From Eledone cirrhosa (lineage: Eukaryota): a stretch of DNA of 64,000 nucleotides. The notes beneath the pieces were generated by a model. It was not told where the DNA came from and ran no database searches. It saw only the letters and a list, made by a program, of their open reading frames with translations. The stretch covers positions 322,710,001-322,774,000 of the forward strand of contig OZ024740.1 of NCBI GenBank assembly GCA_964016885.1. The letters run 5' to 3'. Positions 39,360-53,735 of the stretch are shown one piece after another. Both the position numbers and the translations under genes were made by a program. Positions within the stretch are counted from its first letter, which is position 1; every line of letters starts with the position of its first letter.

Positions 39360-42300
39360 CGATGGTGTTGATGTTGGTTAGGTGGTGCTGGTGATGGTGA
39401 TAGTGTTAATGTTGGTTAGGTGGTGATGGTGATGGTGATGGTGTTGGTTAGGTGGTGATGGTGATGGCGATGGTGTTGATGTTGGTTAGGTGGTGATGGT
39501 GATGGTGTTGGTTAGGTGGTGATGGTGATGGTGATGGTGTTAATGTTGGTTAGGTGTTGATGTTGGTTAGGTGGTGATGATGATGGTGATGGTGATGGTG
39601 TTGGTTAGGTGGTGATGGTTATGGTGTTGGTTAGGTGGTGATGGTGATGGTGTTGGTTAGGTGGTGATGGTGATGGTGTTAATGTTGGTTAGGTGGTGAT
39701 GGTGATGGTGTTGATGTTGGTTAGGTGGTGTTGGTGATGGTGATGGTGTTAATGTTGGTTAGGTGGTGATGGTGATGGTGATGGTGTAGATGTTGGTTAG
39801 GTGGTGCTGGTGATGGTGATGGTGTTAATGTTGGTTAGGTGGTGATGGTGATGGTGATAGTGTTGATGTTGGTTAGGTGGTGATGGTGATGGTGATGGTG
39901 ATGGTTAGGTGGTGATGGTGATGGTGATGGTGTTGATGTTAGTTAGGTGGTGATGGTGTTAATGTTGGTTAGGTGGTGATGGTGATGGTGATGGTGATGG
40001 TGTTGATGTTGGTTAGGTGGTGTTGGTGATGGTGATGGTGTTAATGTTGGTTAGCTGGTGATGGTGATGGTTAGGTGGTGATGGTGATGGTGATGGTGTT
40101 AATGTTGGTTAGGTGGTGATGGTGATGGTGTTGGTTAGGTGGTGATGGTGATGGTGATGGTGTTGATGTTGGTTAGGTGGTGATGGTGATGGTTAGGTGG
40201 TGATGGTGATGGTGATGGTGATGGTGTTAATGTTGGTTAGGTGGTGATGGTGATGGTTAGGTGGTGATGGTGATGGTGATGGTGTTGATGTTAGTTAGGT
40301 GGTGATGGTGTTAATGTTGGTTAGGTGGTGATGGTGATGGTGATGGTGATGGTGTTGATGTTGGTTAGGTGGTGTTGGTGATGGTGATGGTGTTAATGTT
40401 GGTTAGCTGGTGATGGTGATGGTTAGGTGGTGATGGTGATGGTGATGGTGTTAATGTTGGTTAGGTGGTGATGGTGATGGTGTTGGTTAGGTGGTGATGG
40501 TGATGGTGATGGTGTTGATGTTGGTTAGGTGGTGATGGTGATGGTTAGGTGGTGATGGTGATGGTGATGGTGATGGTGTTAATGTTGGTTAGGTGGTGAT
40601 GGTGATGGTTAGGTGGTGATGGTGATGGTGATGGTGTTAATGTTGGTTAGGTGGTGTTGGTGATGGTTAGGTGGTGATGGTGATGGTGATGGTGTTAATG
40701 TTGGTTAGGTGGTGATGGTGATGGTGTTGGTTAGGTGGTGATGGTGATGGTGATGGTGTTGGTGTTGGTTAGGTGGTGATGGTGATGGTGATGGTGTTGA
40801 TGTTGGTTAGGTGGTGTTGGTGATGGTGATGGTGTTGATGTTGGTTAGGTGGTGATGGTGATAGTGTTGATGTTGGTTAGGTGGTGATGGTGATGGTGAT
40901 GGTGTTGATGTTGGTTAGGTGGTGATGGTGATGGTGTTAATGTTGGTTAGGTGGTGATGGTGATGGTGTTGATGTTGGTTAGGTGGTGATGGTGATGGTG
41001 TTGATGTTGGTTAGGTGGTGATGGTGATGGTGATGGTGATGGTGTAGATGTTGGTTAGGTGGTGATGGTGATGGTGATGGTGTTGATGTTGGTTAGGTGG
41101 TGATGGTGATGGTGATGGTGTTAATGTTGGTTAGGTGGTGATGGTGATGGTGTTGATGTTGGTTAGGTGGTGATGGTGATGGTGATGGTGTAGATGTTGG
41201 TTAGGTGGTGATGGTGATGGTGATGGTGTAGATGTTGGTTAGGTGGTGATGGTGATGGTGATGGTGTTAATGTTGGTTAGGTGGTGATGGTGATGGTGTT
41301 AATGTTGGCTAGGTGGTGATGGTGATGGTGATGGTGTTAATGTTGGTTAGGTGGTGATGGTGATGGTGATGGTGTTGATGTTGGTTAGGTGGTGATGGTG
41401 ATGGTGTTAATGTTGGTTAGGTGGTGATGGTGATGGTGATGGGGATGGTGTTGATGTTGGTTAGGTGGTGTTGGTGATGGTGATGGTGTTAATGTTGGTT
41501 AGGTGGTGATGGTGATGGTGATGGTGATGGTGATGGTGTTGGTTAGGTGGTGATGGTGATGGTGATGGTGTAGATGTTGGTTAGGTGGTGCTGGTGATGG
41601 TGATGGTGTTAATGTTGGTTAGGTGGTGATGGTGATGGTGATGGTGTTGATGTTGGTTAGGTGGTGATGGTGATGGTGATGGTGTTAATGTTGGTTAGGT
41701 GGTGATGGTGATGGTGATGGTGATGGTGTTGGTTAGGTGGTGATGGTGATGGTGATGGTGATAGTGATGGTGTTGATGTTGGTTAGGTGGTGATGGTGAT
41801 GGTGATGGTGATGGTGTTGGTTAGGTGGTGATGGTGATAGTGATGGTGTTGATGTTGGTTAGGTGGTGATGGTGATGGTGATGGTGTTGGTTAGGTGGTG
41901 ATGGTGATGGTGATAGTGATGGTGTTGATGTTGGTTAGGTGGTGATGGTGATGGTGATGGTGATGGTGATGGTGTTGGTTAGGTGGTGATGGTGATGGTG
42001 ATAGTGATGGTGTTGATGTTGGTTAGGTGGTGATGGTGATGGTGATGGTGTTGATGTTGGTTAGGTGGTGATGGTGATGGTGATGGTGTTGGTTAGGTGG
42101 TGATGGTGATGGTGATGGTGATGGTGTTGGTTAGGTGGTGATGGTGATGGTGATGGTGTTGATGTTGGTTAGGTGGTGATGGTGATGGTGATGGTGTTGA
42201 TGTTGGTTAGGTAGTGATGGTGATGGTGATGGTGATGGTGATGGTGTTGATGTTGGTTAGGTGGTGATGGTGATGGTGATGGTGTTGGTGTTGGTTAGGT

Positions 42301-42850
42301 GGTGATGGTGATGGTGATGGTGTTGATGTTGGTTAGGTGGTGATGGTGATGGTGATGGTGATGGTGTTGGTTAGGTGGTGATGGTGATGATGATGGTGTT
42401 GATGTTGGTTAGGTGGTGATGGTGATGGTGATGGTGTTGATGTTGGTTAGGTAGTGATGGTGATGGTGATGGTGATGGTGTTGATGTTGGTTAGGTGGTG
42501 ATGGTGATGGTGATGGTGATGGTGTTGATGTTGGTTAGGTGGTGATGGTGATGGTGATGGTGTTGATGTTGGTTAGGTGGTGATGGTGATGGTGATGTTG
42601 TTGGTGTTGGTTAGGTGGTGATGGTGATGGTGATGGTGATGGTGTTGATGTTGGTTAGGTGGTGATGGTGATGGTGATGGTGTTAATGTTGGTTAGGTGG
42701 TGATGGTGATGGTGATGGTGTTAATGTTGGTTAGGTGGTGATGGTGATGGTGATGGTGTTAATGTTGGTTAGGTGGTGATGGTGATGGTGATGGTGATGG
42801 TGTTAATGTTGGTTAGGTGGTGATGGTGATGGTGTTGGTGTTGATGTTGG
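39360..42850. repeat. 3.5-kb satellite [(GGTGAT)nGGTGTT(RATGTT)GGTTAGGT]n
   Basis: Read directly; unit length varies. Confidence 0.95.
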
Positions 42851-43069
42851 TGGAGACAGCGAGCTTTGGGTGGTGGTGGTAGGGGCTAATCTGATTGTGG
42901 TGGTAGTAGTGACAATGGTGATGATGATGATGATGGAGGTGACAGTGGGGATGAGAGATTGATGATGATGGTTTTGTTGTTATTGTTATTATTGTTATTG
43001 GTGGTTGTGGTGGTGTTGATGACGATGGTAAAAATGATGTGTTGATGAGAGGTTAATGATAAAAAATGG

Positions 43070-43106
43070 TGATGATTGCATGGCGATGATGATGAAGATG
43101 ATGATG

Positions 43107-43138
<32 letters not shown>

Positions 43139-43382
43139 GATGATGATAATAATGATGATGATGATGGTGATGATGATGATGATGTTAATGGTCATGGTGG
43201 TGATGATAGCATGCCGATGATGATAATGATGATAATGATGGTGATGATGATGATAATGATGGTGATGATGGTGATGATGATGATGGTGTTGATGGTGATG
43301 ATGGTCATGATGATGTTGATGGTGATGATGATGATGTTGATGACAATGATGATTGCATGGCGATGATGATGATGAGGATGAT
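43070..43382. repeat. (GAT)n-derived simple repeat
   Basis: Read directly. Confidence 0.9.
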
Positions 43383-44502
43383 ATTGTTAACAGTTTCTTC
43401 TTTAATTACAATAAAAGATAAAGCAAAAAAAAAACCTTCAACAAAACCAACAAAACCACTCAACTATAAATAGAAAATAATAAACGGAAAAAGAAGCCAA
43501 CAACAAAAACAAACAATACAAACTATAAATAGAATTTCTAATTCGATCTACAAGTCGTTTCCACGTCATGAAACATAAAGCTAGATAATCATAGTGTTAG
43601 GGTTTAGGAAAATTTCGGGTTCAAATTATCGCTGTGTATAGCATGGAAGCACCCACCACCAACCCAGCACATTGGTCACAACCCTCCCCAACACACCAAC
43701 TCCCAACACATAAAACTCAACATTCCAACACCCCGACCTTATACGTTTGTTCATCAATTCTTTCTTGAATAATTAAATAAAAGGTTATAAAATTATGCTA
43801 TAAAAATATTCAACTGCGACGATTACAAACTGAGTTTTATTTTTCTTTCATTTATAAACCGCAGTGAATTGTTCCGTGTCTCTGCGCTTCGAGTTCACAC
43901 CCCGCTGAGGTCAAATTTAGCTTTCATCATTTCGGGTTTTTATTTTTGTTTCATTTATTAAATGTCAGTGAAATGTTTCGGCTCTCTTCGTTATGAGTTC
44001 AAATCCCGTGCAGTGGATTGACAGAATTGTTAGAGTCAGACGAAATGTGTTAGCGGTATCTGATTAAACTCTATGCTTTCTCAGTTCAAATCCTTCCTCC
44101 TTCTGCCAGCAGTTGCGACCAGTATGTAGTATCAGTATTGGAAAGTCTAATGGAAACATTGTTTCTTTGGTTCAATCTAACCATTAACGTCTTCCCTTTA
44201 TATAAACTGTTTTCTAATGTAATGCAGAAGACTGCTGGGATCAAAGTTATTTTCTAGTTATGAAAAATATTAAAGACACCAACATATTTTACTTGTAAGA
44301 TCTGAAGGAAGGTGCAGTGACCATGGCGTTCACAAGCCCCCCCCCCTCCCCCGCCCCCGGGGCCGTTGAGATAGACGAGCTTTATTCATGCACACAGAAA
44401 CACATAGGTGCACACATAGACAAACAGACACACGCACACATATGCACTCACATGCAACCCTGTCACATCACACACATACATATATATATATATATACAAA
44501 CC

Positions 44503-44553
<51 letters not shown>

Positions 44554-44574
44554 ATATATATATATATATCTATA

Positions 44575-44610
<36 letters not shown>

Positions 44611-44853
44611 CATAAGGGGGGGGGGGGAGGGAGACGTATGATATATTGAACAACACTCGCCTGTGCTCCAGTTTGATCATTTTTATTACGGGTTTACGTA
44701 TGTCCTTTTTAGTTCTTTATGCTTGGTTTGGAATAGCAGCGTCCTTAAATCCATGTGTGCATTAAAGATTCGAAGCTTCCAGAGCTCCATGTCTAAAAAT
44801 TGGCATCCATGGTGGGGTCACGCTATCGTATATGCATATATATATATACATAT

Positions 44854-44931
<78 letters not shown>

Positions 44932-44984
44932 GTAAGTATGTATGTATACGCACATACATATATGTATACAGACGTACAGTAGCA

Positions 44985-45030
<46 letters not shown>

Positions 45031-45046
45031 CATTTTATTACAACTC

Positions 45047-45141
<95 letters not shown>

Positions 45142-45399
45142 ATATATGTATATATATTTATGTATATGTATATATATTTATGTATATATATATATTTATG
45201 TATATATATATATATATATATTAGTTTTCATACGCATACGTGCGTGTATACATAGATACATGCACGCACGCACGATTGCATGTGTGTATGCATATATGTA
45301 TGCTTGTCTGTGTATCTATATATATGTATGTATAAATGTGTGTATGTATATATATATATATATATATGTATGCATGAATGTATGTATGCATATATGTAT

Positions 45400-46490
45400 G
45401 AATGACTGTATGTAAGTATGTATATATGTATGTATATATGTATGCGTATATGTATGCATGTATTTATGTATGTATGCATTTATGTATGTATTTATGTATG
45501 TATGTATGAATGTATGACTGTATGACTGTATGTTCGTACGTACGTATGTATATATGTATGTATCCATGTATGCGTGTATTTATATATGAATGACTGTATG
45601 TAAGTATGTATATATGTATGTATATATGTATGCGTATATGTATGCATGTATTTATGTATGTATGCATTTATGTATGTATTTATGTATGTATGTATGAATG
45701 TATGACTGTATGACTGTATGTTCGTACGTACGTATGTATATATGTATGTATCCATGTATGCGTGTATTTATATATGAATGACTGTATGTAAGTATGTATA
45801 TATGTATGTATATATGTATGCGTATATGTATGCATGTATTTATGTATGTATGCATTTATATATGTATTTATGTATGTATGTATGAATGTATGACTGTATG
45901 ACTGTATGTTCGTACGTACGTATGTATATATGTATGTATCCATGTATGCGTGTATTTATGTATGTATGTATGTATGTATGTATGTATGTATGTATGTATG
46001 TATATATGTATGCGTATATGTATGCATGTATTTATGTATGTATGCATTTATGTATGTATTTATGTATGTATGTATGAATGTATGACTGTATGACTGTATG
46101 TTCGTACGTACGTATGTATATATGTATGTATCCATGTATGCGTGTATTTATATATGAATGACTGTATGTAAGTATGTATATATGTATGTATATATGTATG
46201 CGTATATGTATGCATGTATTTATGTATGTATGCATTTATATATGTATTTATGTATGTATGTATGAATGTATGACTGTATGACTGTATGTTCGTACGTACG
46301 TATGTATATATGTATGTATCCATGTATGCGTGTATTTATATATGTATGACTGTATGTAAGTATGTATATATGTATGTATATATGTATGCGTATATGTATG
46401 CATGTATTTATGTATGTATGCATTTATATATGTATTTATGTATGTATGTATGAATGTATGACTGTATGACTGTATGTTCGTACGTACGTA
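45400..46490. repeat. 188-bp tandem repeat built from (TATG)n, about 6 units
   Basis: Identical ORFs offset by 188 bp (45464/45652, 45492/45680, 46032/46220). Confidence 0.92.
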
Positions 46491-46718
46491 TGTATGTATG
46501 TATGTATGTATGTATGTATGTATGTATGTATGTATGTATGTATGTATGTATGTATGTATGACTGAATGTATAAGAGCAAAAGAATATTGAAAACTTATAC
46601 AAGTGCTTATTAATTTATTTGATTGAAGTTAAAGTTCAGTCTCTCGCTACACTGGGTTTCTCGTATCACGATCATCGGTCGAATGAAGGCATTGGGAGTA
46701 GAGACTGGGTGAGTGACG

Positions 46719-46821
<103 letters not shown>

Positions 46822-46822
46822 C

Positions 46823-46865
<43 letters not shown>

Positions 46866-46927
46866 TATGTTTACGTATACATACATCAATGCCTATATCT
46901 CTCTATATATATATATATTGCACACTC

Positions 46928-46964
<37 letters not shown>

Positions 46965-46992
46965 CGTAGATATACATCTATATCTCTATCTA

Positions 46993-47037
<45 letters not shown>

Positions 47038-47085
47038 TATACACACACATATATGTATATATATATATATACACACACAAGTATA

Positions 47086-47172
<87 letters not shown>

Positions 47173-47181
47173 ACAGACAGA

Positions 47182-47220
<39 letters not shown>

Positions 47221-47414
47221 CGTGTGTTTGTTTTGTTAATTATCAATTTAACAACGACTAATTTTAATCATATTTACAATAGCGGTGACATTTTATTTTT
47301 TACTTTTTTCTTGCTAATGTAAGAAAACAAGGAAAAAGGCCGACACTACAAAAAACACAACAACAGCAACTACTACTGCTGCTGTTGCTACTACTACTGC
47401 TGCTACTACTACTA

Positions 47415-47479
<65 letters not shown>

Positions 47480-47907
47480 ACTACTGCTGCTGCTGCTGCT
47501 GCTGTTACTACTACTACTACTGATACTACTACTACTACTAGTAGTAGTCGAACTACTACTAATAGTACTACTACTAGTAGTACTATTAGTAGTACTAGTA
47601 GTTGTAGTAGTAGTAGTGTTGGTACTGATGTTTATGTTTCAGAAACAACAATATCGATAACTACTAAGTTATCGATATTAATTAGAGTGTGATCGAAGCT
47701 GATTGATTGATTGCTAGTCTGTTAGAGTCGATCCGGCTCAGTGATTTACCACACCCTGTCATAGATGAAAGGAATCAAACACCATTTGTTTTGTAGTTCG
47801 TCTTTTATAAGTACATCTGTTGTTATTTTACTTTTAAAAATATTTTAGTATTGTTTTGAAAAAAAGTAAAAATAATATTTAAATTGAGGAAAATAGAATT
47901 AAAAAAA

Positions 47908-48085
47908 TGGCAGTATCGGTAGAGGGTCGGACACCATGATTTGACGCATAGAGTTACGGCCCTTGCCATTCTGAGTTCAAATCCCGCCGAGGTTAACTTT
48001 GCCTTTCATCCTTACGGGTCGATAAAGTAAAGTACCAGTAATGCACTGGGGTAATTGCTGGCCTTGTGCCAATAGTAGAAACAAT
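47908..48085 (+). mobile_element. SINE family A
   Basis: A and B boxes, shared body. Confidence 0.9.
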
Positions 48086-48134
48086 TATTATTACTGTAGA
48101 TATAGGGATGGACAGCCTTTGCGGCGACCTCCTC

Positions 48135-48165
<31 letters not shown>

Positions 48166-48454
48166 TTTATATATATGTACATTCACACACACACATATAT
48201 ATATGTACACACACACAAACACGAACACACAAAACACACACACACACACATACATATATATATAGTAAGTATGTGTTGAAACAGCGAAGAGTTTGAAATT
48301 AGAAATAGAAGCTTTCGCCGTATTTTTTGACTAAAGGAATTTTAGTCTGATAGTGGGGTTTAGAACCCTCTAAGAAATGGAAAAAGATGAGTATTGACGA
48401 ACATGTTCGTCAATATTATCTTTTTCCATTTCTTAGAGTGGCGGAATAGTGTTC

Positions 48455-49620
48455 TGAACAGTACACTGGACAGTGATCACCGGCTTGTTATGAGTGAAGT
48501 CCTGGTAAGTTTAAGAAAGAGTATGACTCATCCCCAGAGAGCGATCTATGACTGGGGAGCTTTCAAGGAAGATGATAAGCTACAGGAGAGGTACACAGTA
48601 GAAGTGAGGACCAGGTTCAAGGTTTATGTGTAGAGGTAGAGGAGAGAGAGATTAGAGGGACTGAGGAGAGTGTGACGAGGAGGTACGGGTACTTCATCAA
48701 TGCAGTGGCAGAAGCAAGTGAGGCCCTGGTGCTGAGGAAAGAGAGGAAGAGGAAGAACATCAGTTCTGCTGGACCAAAAGTGTGTGCAGCCAGAGAACAC
48801 CTGAAAGCTACCAAGGACTAATTCCATGCTGATCTTACGGAGGAGAGGAAGGGGAATGTGGAGATGATGAAGTAAGACTTGAAGATCTGTCTCTGTAACA
48901 CTGGCTCAGAGCAGGAGATTTAAGGCTAAAAAGAGATCAGATGCTGAATTTGCTGACTACATAATTCTGGTGACAAACACAGTGAAGGATGCAGAGCAGT
49001 TGATACAGGCGGTGGAGACTGTAGATGAGTGTGGGGCTGAGAATGAATGAGAGTAAGACGAAGTATCTGGTAGAGAACATTAAAAAGTCAGAGAAGACTA
49101 TGAATTTAGGCGGGAAGCCGCAAGATTTGGTTGAGGACTTCTTGTATCTGGGATCAAAGATTGGGAACACAGAGGACGATGTGGTCGAGAGGAAGAGCAA
49201 AGCCTGGACGGCGTATCACAGTTTGAGGACGATGTGGAAGTCGGACCTTCGTGGAGACCTGAAAATCCGTCTCTAAGTCGCTACAGTGCAGTCTGTGCTG
49301 CTGTACGGGCCTGAGACTTGGACACTGACCAAGAGACTCACTCAGATGATGGAGAAGTGCTACACAAGAATACTGAGGATGGCTCTAAACATTAATCAGT
49401 TATACACTGAGGACAAAGAACTCAGATCTCCACGGGAGCCTCCCAACAGTCAGTTCGAAAGTGACACAGGGGCGATTGAGGTTAGCTGGACATACTCAGC
49501 GACATTCAGAGTTAACACTGCATTCAGCGGTCCTTTGGTAGCCCCTACACGAACACACTAGAAGAGGGAGACCGATGTTGACATATATTGATGCCCTAAG
49601 GACAGGCACTGCTTAGCCAC
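48455..49620 (+). pseudogene. RTE-like LINE remnant (APE end fused by deletion to the RT C-half)
   Basis: DSDHRLV, GLRMNESKTKY, FLYLGS, SVLLYGPETWTLTK, YTRILRMALN. Confidence 0.85.
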
Positions 49621-49829
49621 TTACGCGTTAATCAAACAACTGGACCACTTATTGTTGGATCAGATAGAGACTCATTCCATTCGATATTCAAGATCGAAAC
49701 TATAGTCAAGATGTTCACATTTCCAATGATACGTAGAAATACACAGATGAGACATGATTACATGCTTAAAGGCATACACTTTCTCAGTTTCGCTATAACA
49801 CCCTGCAGTTTGTACAGACATATACGCGT

Positions 49830-49900
<71 letters not shown>

Positions 49901-49921
49901 TATATATATATATATGCATAT

Positions 49922-49955
<34 letters not shown>

Positions 49956-50462
49956 GCATTTAAGAGAGAATAAGAACGAGGGAGAGAGCGAGAGAGAGAG
50001 AGAGAAAGATCCAGTAAACTCACGAGTCTTGTAATATTAAAGATATGATCACTACGTCTATTTATCATTGTTTAAAAAAATCAGGTCTGAAATCTGATCT
50101 TCCTTGTTCATTAATACAGTTCTCTGTGTGAATATGTAAAGTTGCTTGTATTTTGTTCTCCTCTCTCTCTTTCTCCGTTCGGATGTTGTCTGTTTATTGA
50201 GATATATATCATGTATTATATATATATCATATGTCATATAGTATATATCGTTTATCATATATCATATAACATTTATTGTAACACAAACAGATAAAGGCAT
50301 GCTGATAGCGAGGGAAGGAAGTGGTGTCCGTTAACTACACACGAGGGCAGAAAAATGGTGGTGATATATATATATATATAGAGAGAGAGAAGGATTTATA
50401 CTGGTGATAGATTGATAGAGGAAAATGTAGTGTTAGAGAATGAGAGAGTGAGAGAGAGAGAG

Positions 50463-50588
<126 letters not shown>

Positions 50589-51143
50589 TGGTGTTGATAA
50601 GCAAGTAGAGAAAATGGAATGGCGGGCATAGAAAGAGAAAAAATTTGATGCAAGATAGAGAGAGAGTTTGTGAATGATCGACAGAAAGAAAGCGAGGGAG
50701 ATAAGCGACGACAGACAAGTTGGTGAAATAGAAACAAGAGAACTCTCTTTATTTTTCCTGAAAACGGGACATAATAAATACATTACAAACGCAACATTAC
50801 TAACATTACACTAACAGAACAATGTGATACGATAAACTGATAATATAAACTGTGAAACGATGGAGCGATAACAAAATGGCCATCTTGCGGAAATTAATGC
50901 GTCGTTGAGAAAAAATAGTTACAGTTAACGCTGATCAATACATGAAATGAATGAAAAAAATAGATGACGGTAATGATGATGGAGATGGGGATGATGATGA
51001 TGATGACAGTGATAATGATGATAATGATGATAAGGATGTTGATGATGATAGCTGGTTGTCTATTGTACTCGAGGTCATAAGGAAAGTGAAGATAATTATA
51101 TATACATATGTTCACTCACGGACAAATAGGCACATTAGCACCC

Positions 51144-51175
<32 letters not shown>

Positions 51176-51196
51176 TGTATATATATATATATATAT

Positions 51197-51270
<74 letters not shown>

Positions 51271-51879
51271 AGATACATACGGACACATACATATACATGA
51301 ATATATCCACACATATCCCTGAGTTAGTGGTGCCAACCTCAACCGATGTTGCTCTATGAATAACTGGGACAGAACAATCCGAATGGATTATACTGATTCA
51401 GTATCAGAGCTATATAATACATTATGAAGAGAGAAGAAACATTAGATATAATTAGTAATAACATATATCATACCTAAGCTGCTTCTATAGTCCCCGAGTA
51501 TGTAGTTTCGTGGCATATTATGCAAAAACACTACATCATAGAGATATAGAGTTTTTGTGAGGTTCTGCCGACTTATCAAGGGGATACCTCATTAAGGATT
51601 TCAAAACACGTCTGCAATGCGCGAGATAGAATCTCGAAAAGGCGGAGGGAGAGTCAATCACGTGATACAGCGGTCAAGAAACAGAGCTAAGCCCCTTATA
51701 ACCCTGAAAAAATACCACAGAGGCGGAGGGGGTATTCATATCAAAGCCGTAGAAGAGGCGGTTTGAGGAGGCGAGAAGTATGAGTAATGGTAGCTATCCA
51801 GCAGTCACTACACTTCAAAGGTTACTCGACCAAAGGGAGTTATAAACAATATATATAGAGAAATATATAGAGAGAATAT

Positions 51880-51918
<39 letters not shown>

Positions 51919-52088
51919 TATATACATACATATATATATTATACATATATCTGTATGTGGTTGACAGTTGAGAGAAATGAGTACTCGGCATTGACTAATA
52001 TATATTACTCTCCTTACTATCCTTGCTTTCATATTTCTCCTTGCTCCCCTTTTCTCATTGTATTTGTATATAAACAAGTATATAGATG

Positions 52089-53500
52089 CAAGGAAAAAGG
52101 GAGAGCAAGGAGAGCAAGGAGATCATCAAAAAAAGGAGAGCAATGAGAAAAGGAGAGCAAGGAAAGCAATGAGGAAAGGAGAGCAAGGAGAGCAATTTGA
52201 AAGAAGAGCAAGGAGAGCAATGATATCAAAGAGGAAAGGAGAGCAAGGAGAGAAATGAGAAGGGGAGAACAAGGAGAGCAATGAGAAAGGAAGAACAAGG
52301 AGAGCAACGAGAAAGGAAGAACAAGGAGAGCAATGAGATCAAGGAAGAAAGTAGAGTAAGGAGAGCAAGGAGAAAAGGAGAGCAAGGAGGAAAGGAGAGC
52401 AAGGAGGAAAGGAGAGCAAGGAGAGCAAGGAGAGCAAGGAGAGCAAGGAGAACAAGGAGAGCAGGGATAGCAATGAGAAAAGGAGAGCAAGGAAAGCAAT
52501 GAGGAAAGGAGAGCAAGGAGAGCAATGAGAAAAGGAGAGCAAGGAGATCAAGGAGAAAAGGAGAGCAAAGAGAGGAAGGAGAAAAGGAGAGCAAGGAGAG
52601 CAATTTGAAAGGAGAGGAAAGGAGAGGAAAGGAGAGGAAAGGAGAGGAAAGGAGAGCAAGGAGAGCAATGAGAAAGGGAGAGCAATGAGAGCAAGGAGAA
52701 AAGGAGAGTACAGAGATCAAGAAGGAAAGGAGAGCAAGGAGAGCAATGAGAAAAGGAGAGCAAGGAGAGCAAGGAGAGGAATGAGAAAAGAAGAGCAAGG
52801 AGAGCAATTTGAAAGGAGAGGAAAGGAGAGGAAAGGAGAGGAAAGGAGACGAAAGGAGAGCAATGAAAAAGGGAGAGCAATGAGATCAAGGAGAAAAGGA
52901 GAGTAGAGAGATCAAGGAGGAAAGGAGAGCAAAGAGAGCAATGAGAAAAGGAGAGCAAGGAGAGCAAGGAGAAAAGAAGAGCAAGGAAAGCAATGAGAAA
53001 AGGAGAGCAAGGAGAGCAATTTGAAGGAGAGCAAGGAGAGCAATTAGATCAAGGAGGAAAGGAGAGCAAGGAGAGCAATGAGAAAAGGAGAGCAAGGAGA
53101 GCAATGAGAAAAGGAGAGCAAGGAGATCAAGAAGGAAAGGAGAGTAAGGAGAGAAAGGAGAAAATGAGAGCAAAGAGAACAATGAGAAAAGGAGAGCAAG
53201 GAAAGCAATGAGAAAAGGAGAGCAAGGAGAGCAATGAGAAAAGGAGAGCAAAGAGAGCAATGAGAAAAGGAGGGCAAGGAGATCAAGGAGGAAAGGAGGA
53301 AAGGAGACCAAAGAGAGGAAGGAGAAAAGGAGAAAAGGAGAAAAGGAGAAAAGGAGAGGAAGTGGAAAAAGGGGAGGGGAGGAAGGGGAGGTAGCGGAGA
53401 AAGGGGAAGAGAGAGAGAGTAGTGGAGGAAGGGGAAATGAGGGAATAGAAGGGCAAGGGGAGAAAGGGGTTAGAGAGAAAGTAAGGGAGGAGGGGAAAGA
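52089..53500. repeat. Purine-rich repeat based on GGAGAGCAA
   Basis: Read directly. Confidence 0.9.
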
Positions 53501-53660
53501 GAGCCTCATAGATATAAAGCAGATCTCCGAGTCTCATGAGTGCTCTACCGATTACACGTAGCTGGGAGTGTAAATCCGTATGTGGTTGAAAGTTGAGATA
53601 GGGGTTGGGAGCAGCAAAATTTTAACTTTCGGGAAATTACCTATTGCTAAAGGCCACCCT

Positions 53661-53733
<73 letters not shown>

Positions 53734-53735
<2 letters not shown>

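Noticed and set aside
39360-42850. Interstitial telomere (TTAGG)
   Set aside because: TTAGG is never tandem here, and it is not the TTAGGG expected for molluscs.
52029-53537. Protamine-like or Leu/Ser-rich ORFs
   Set aside because: Products of a 9-bp purine-rich repeat with frequent frame changes.
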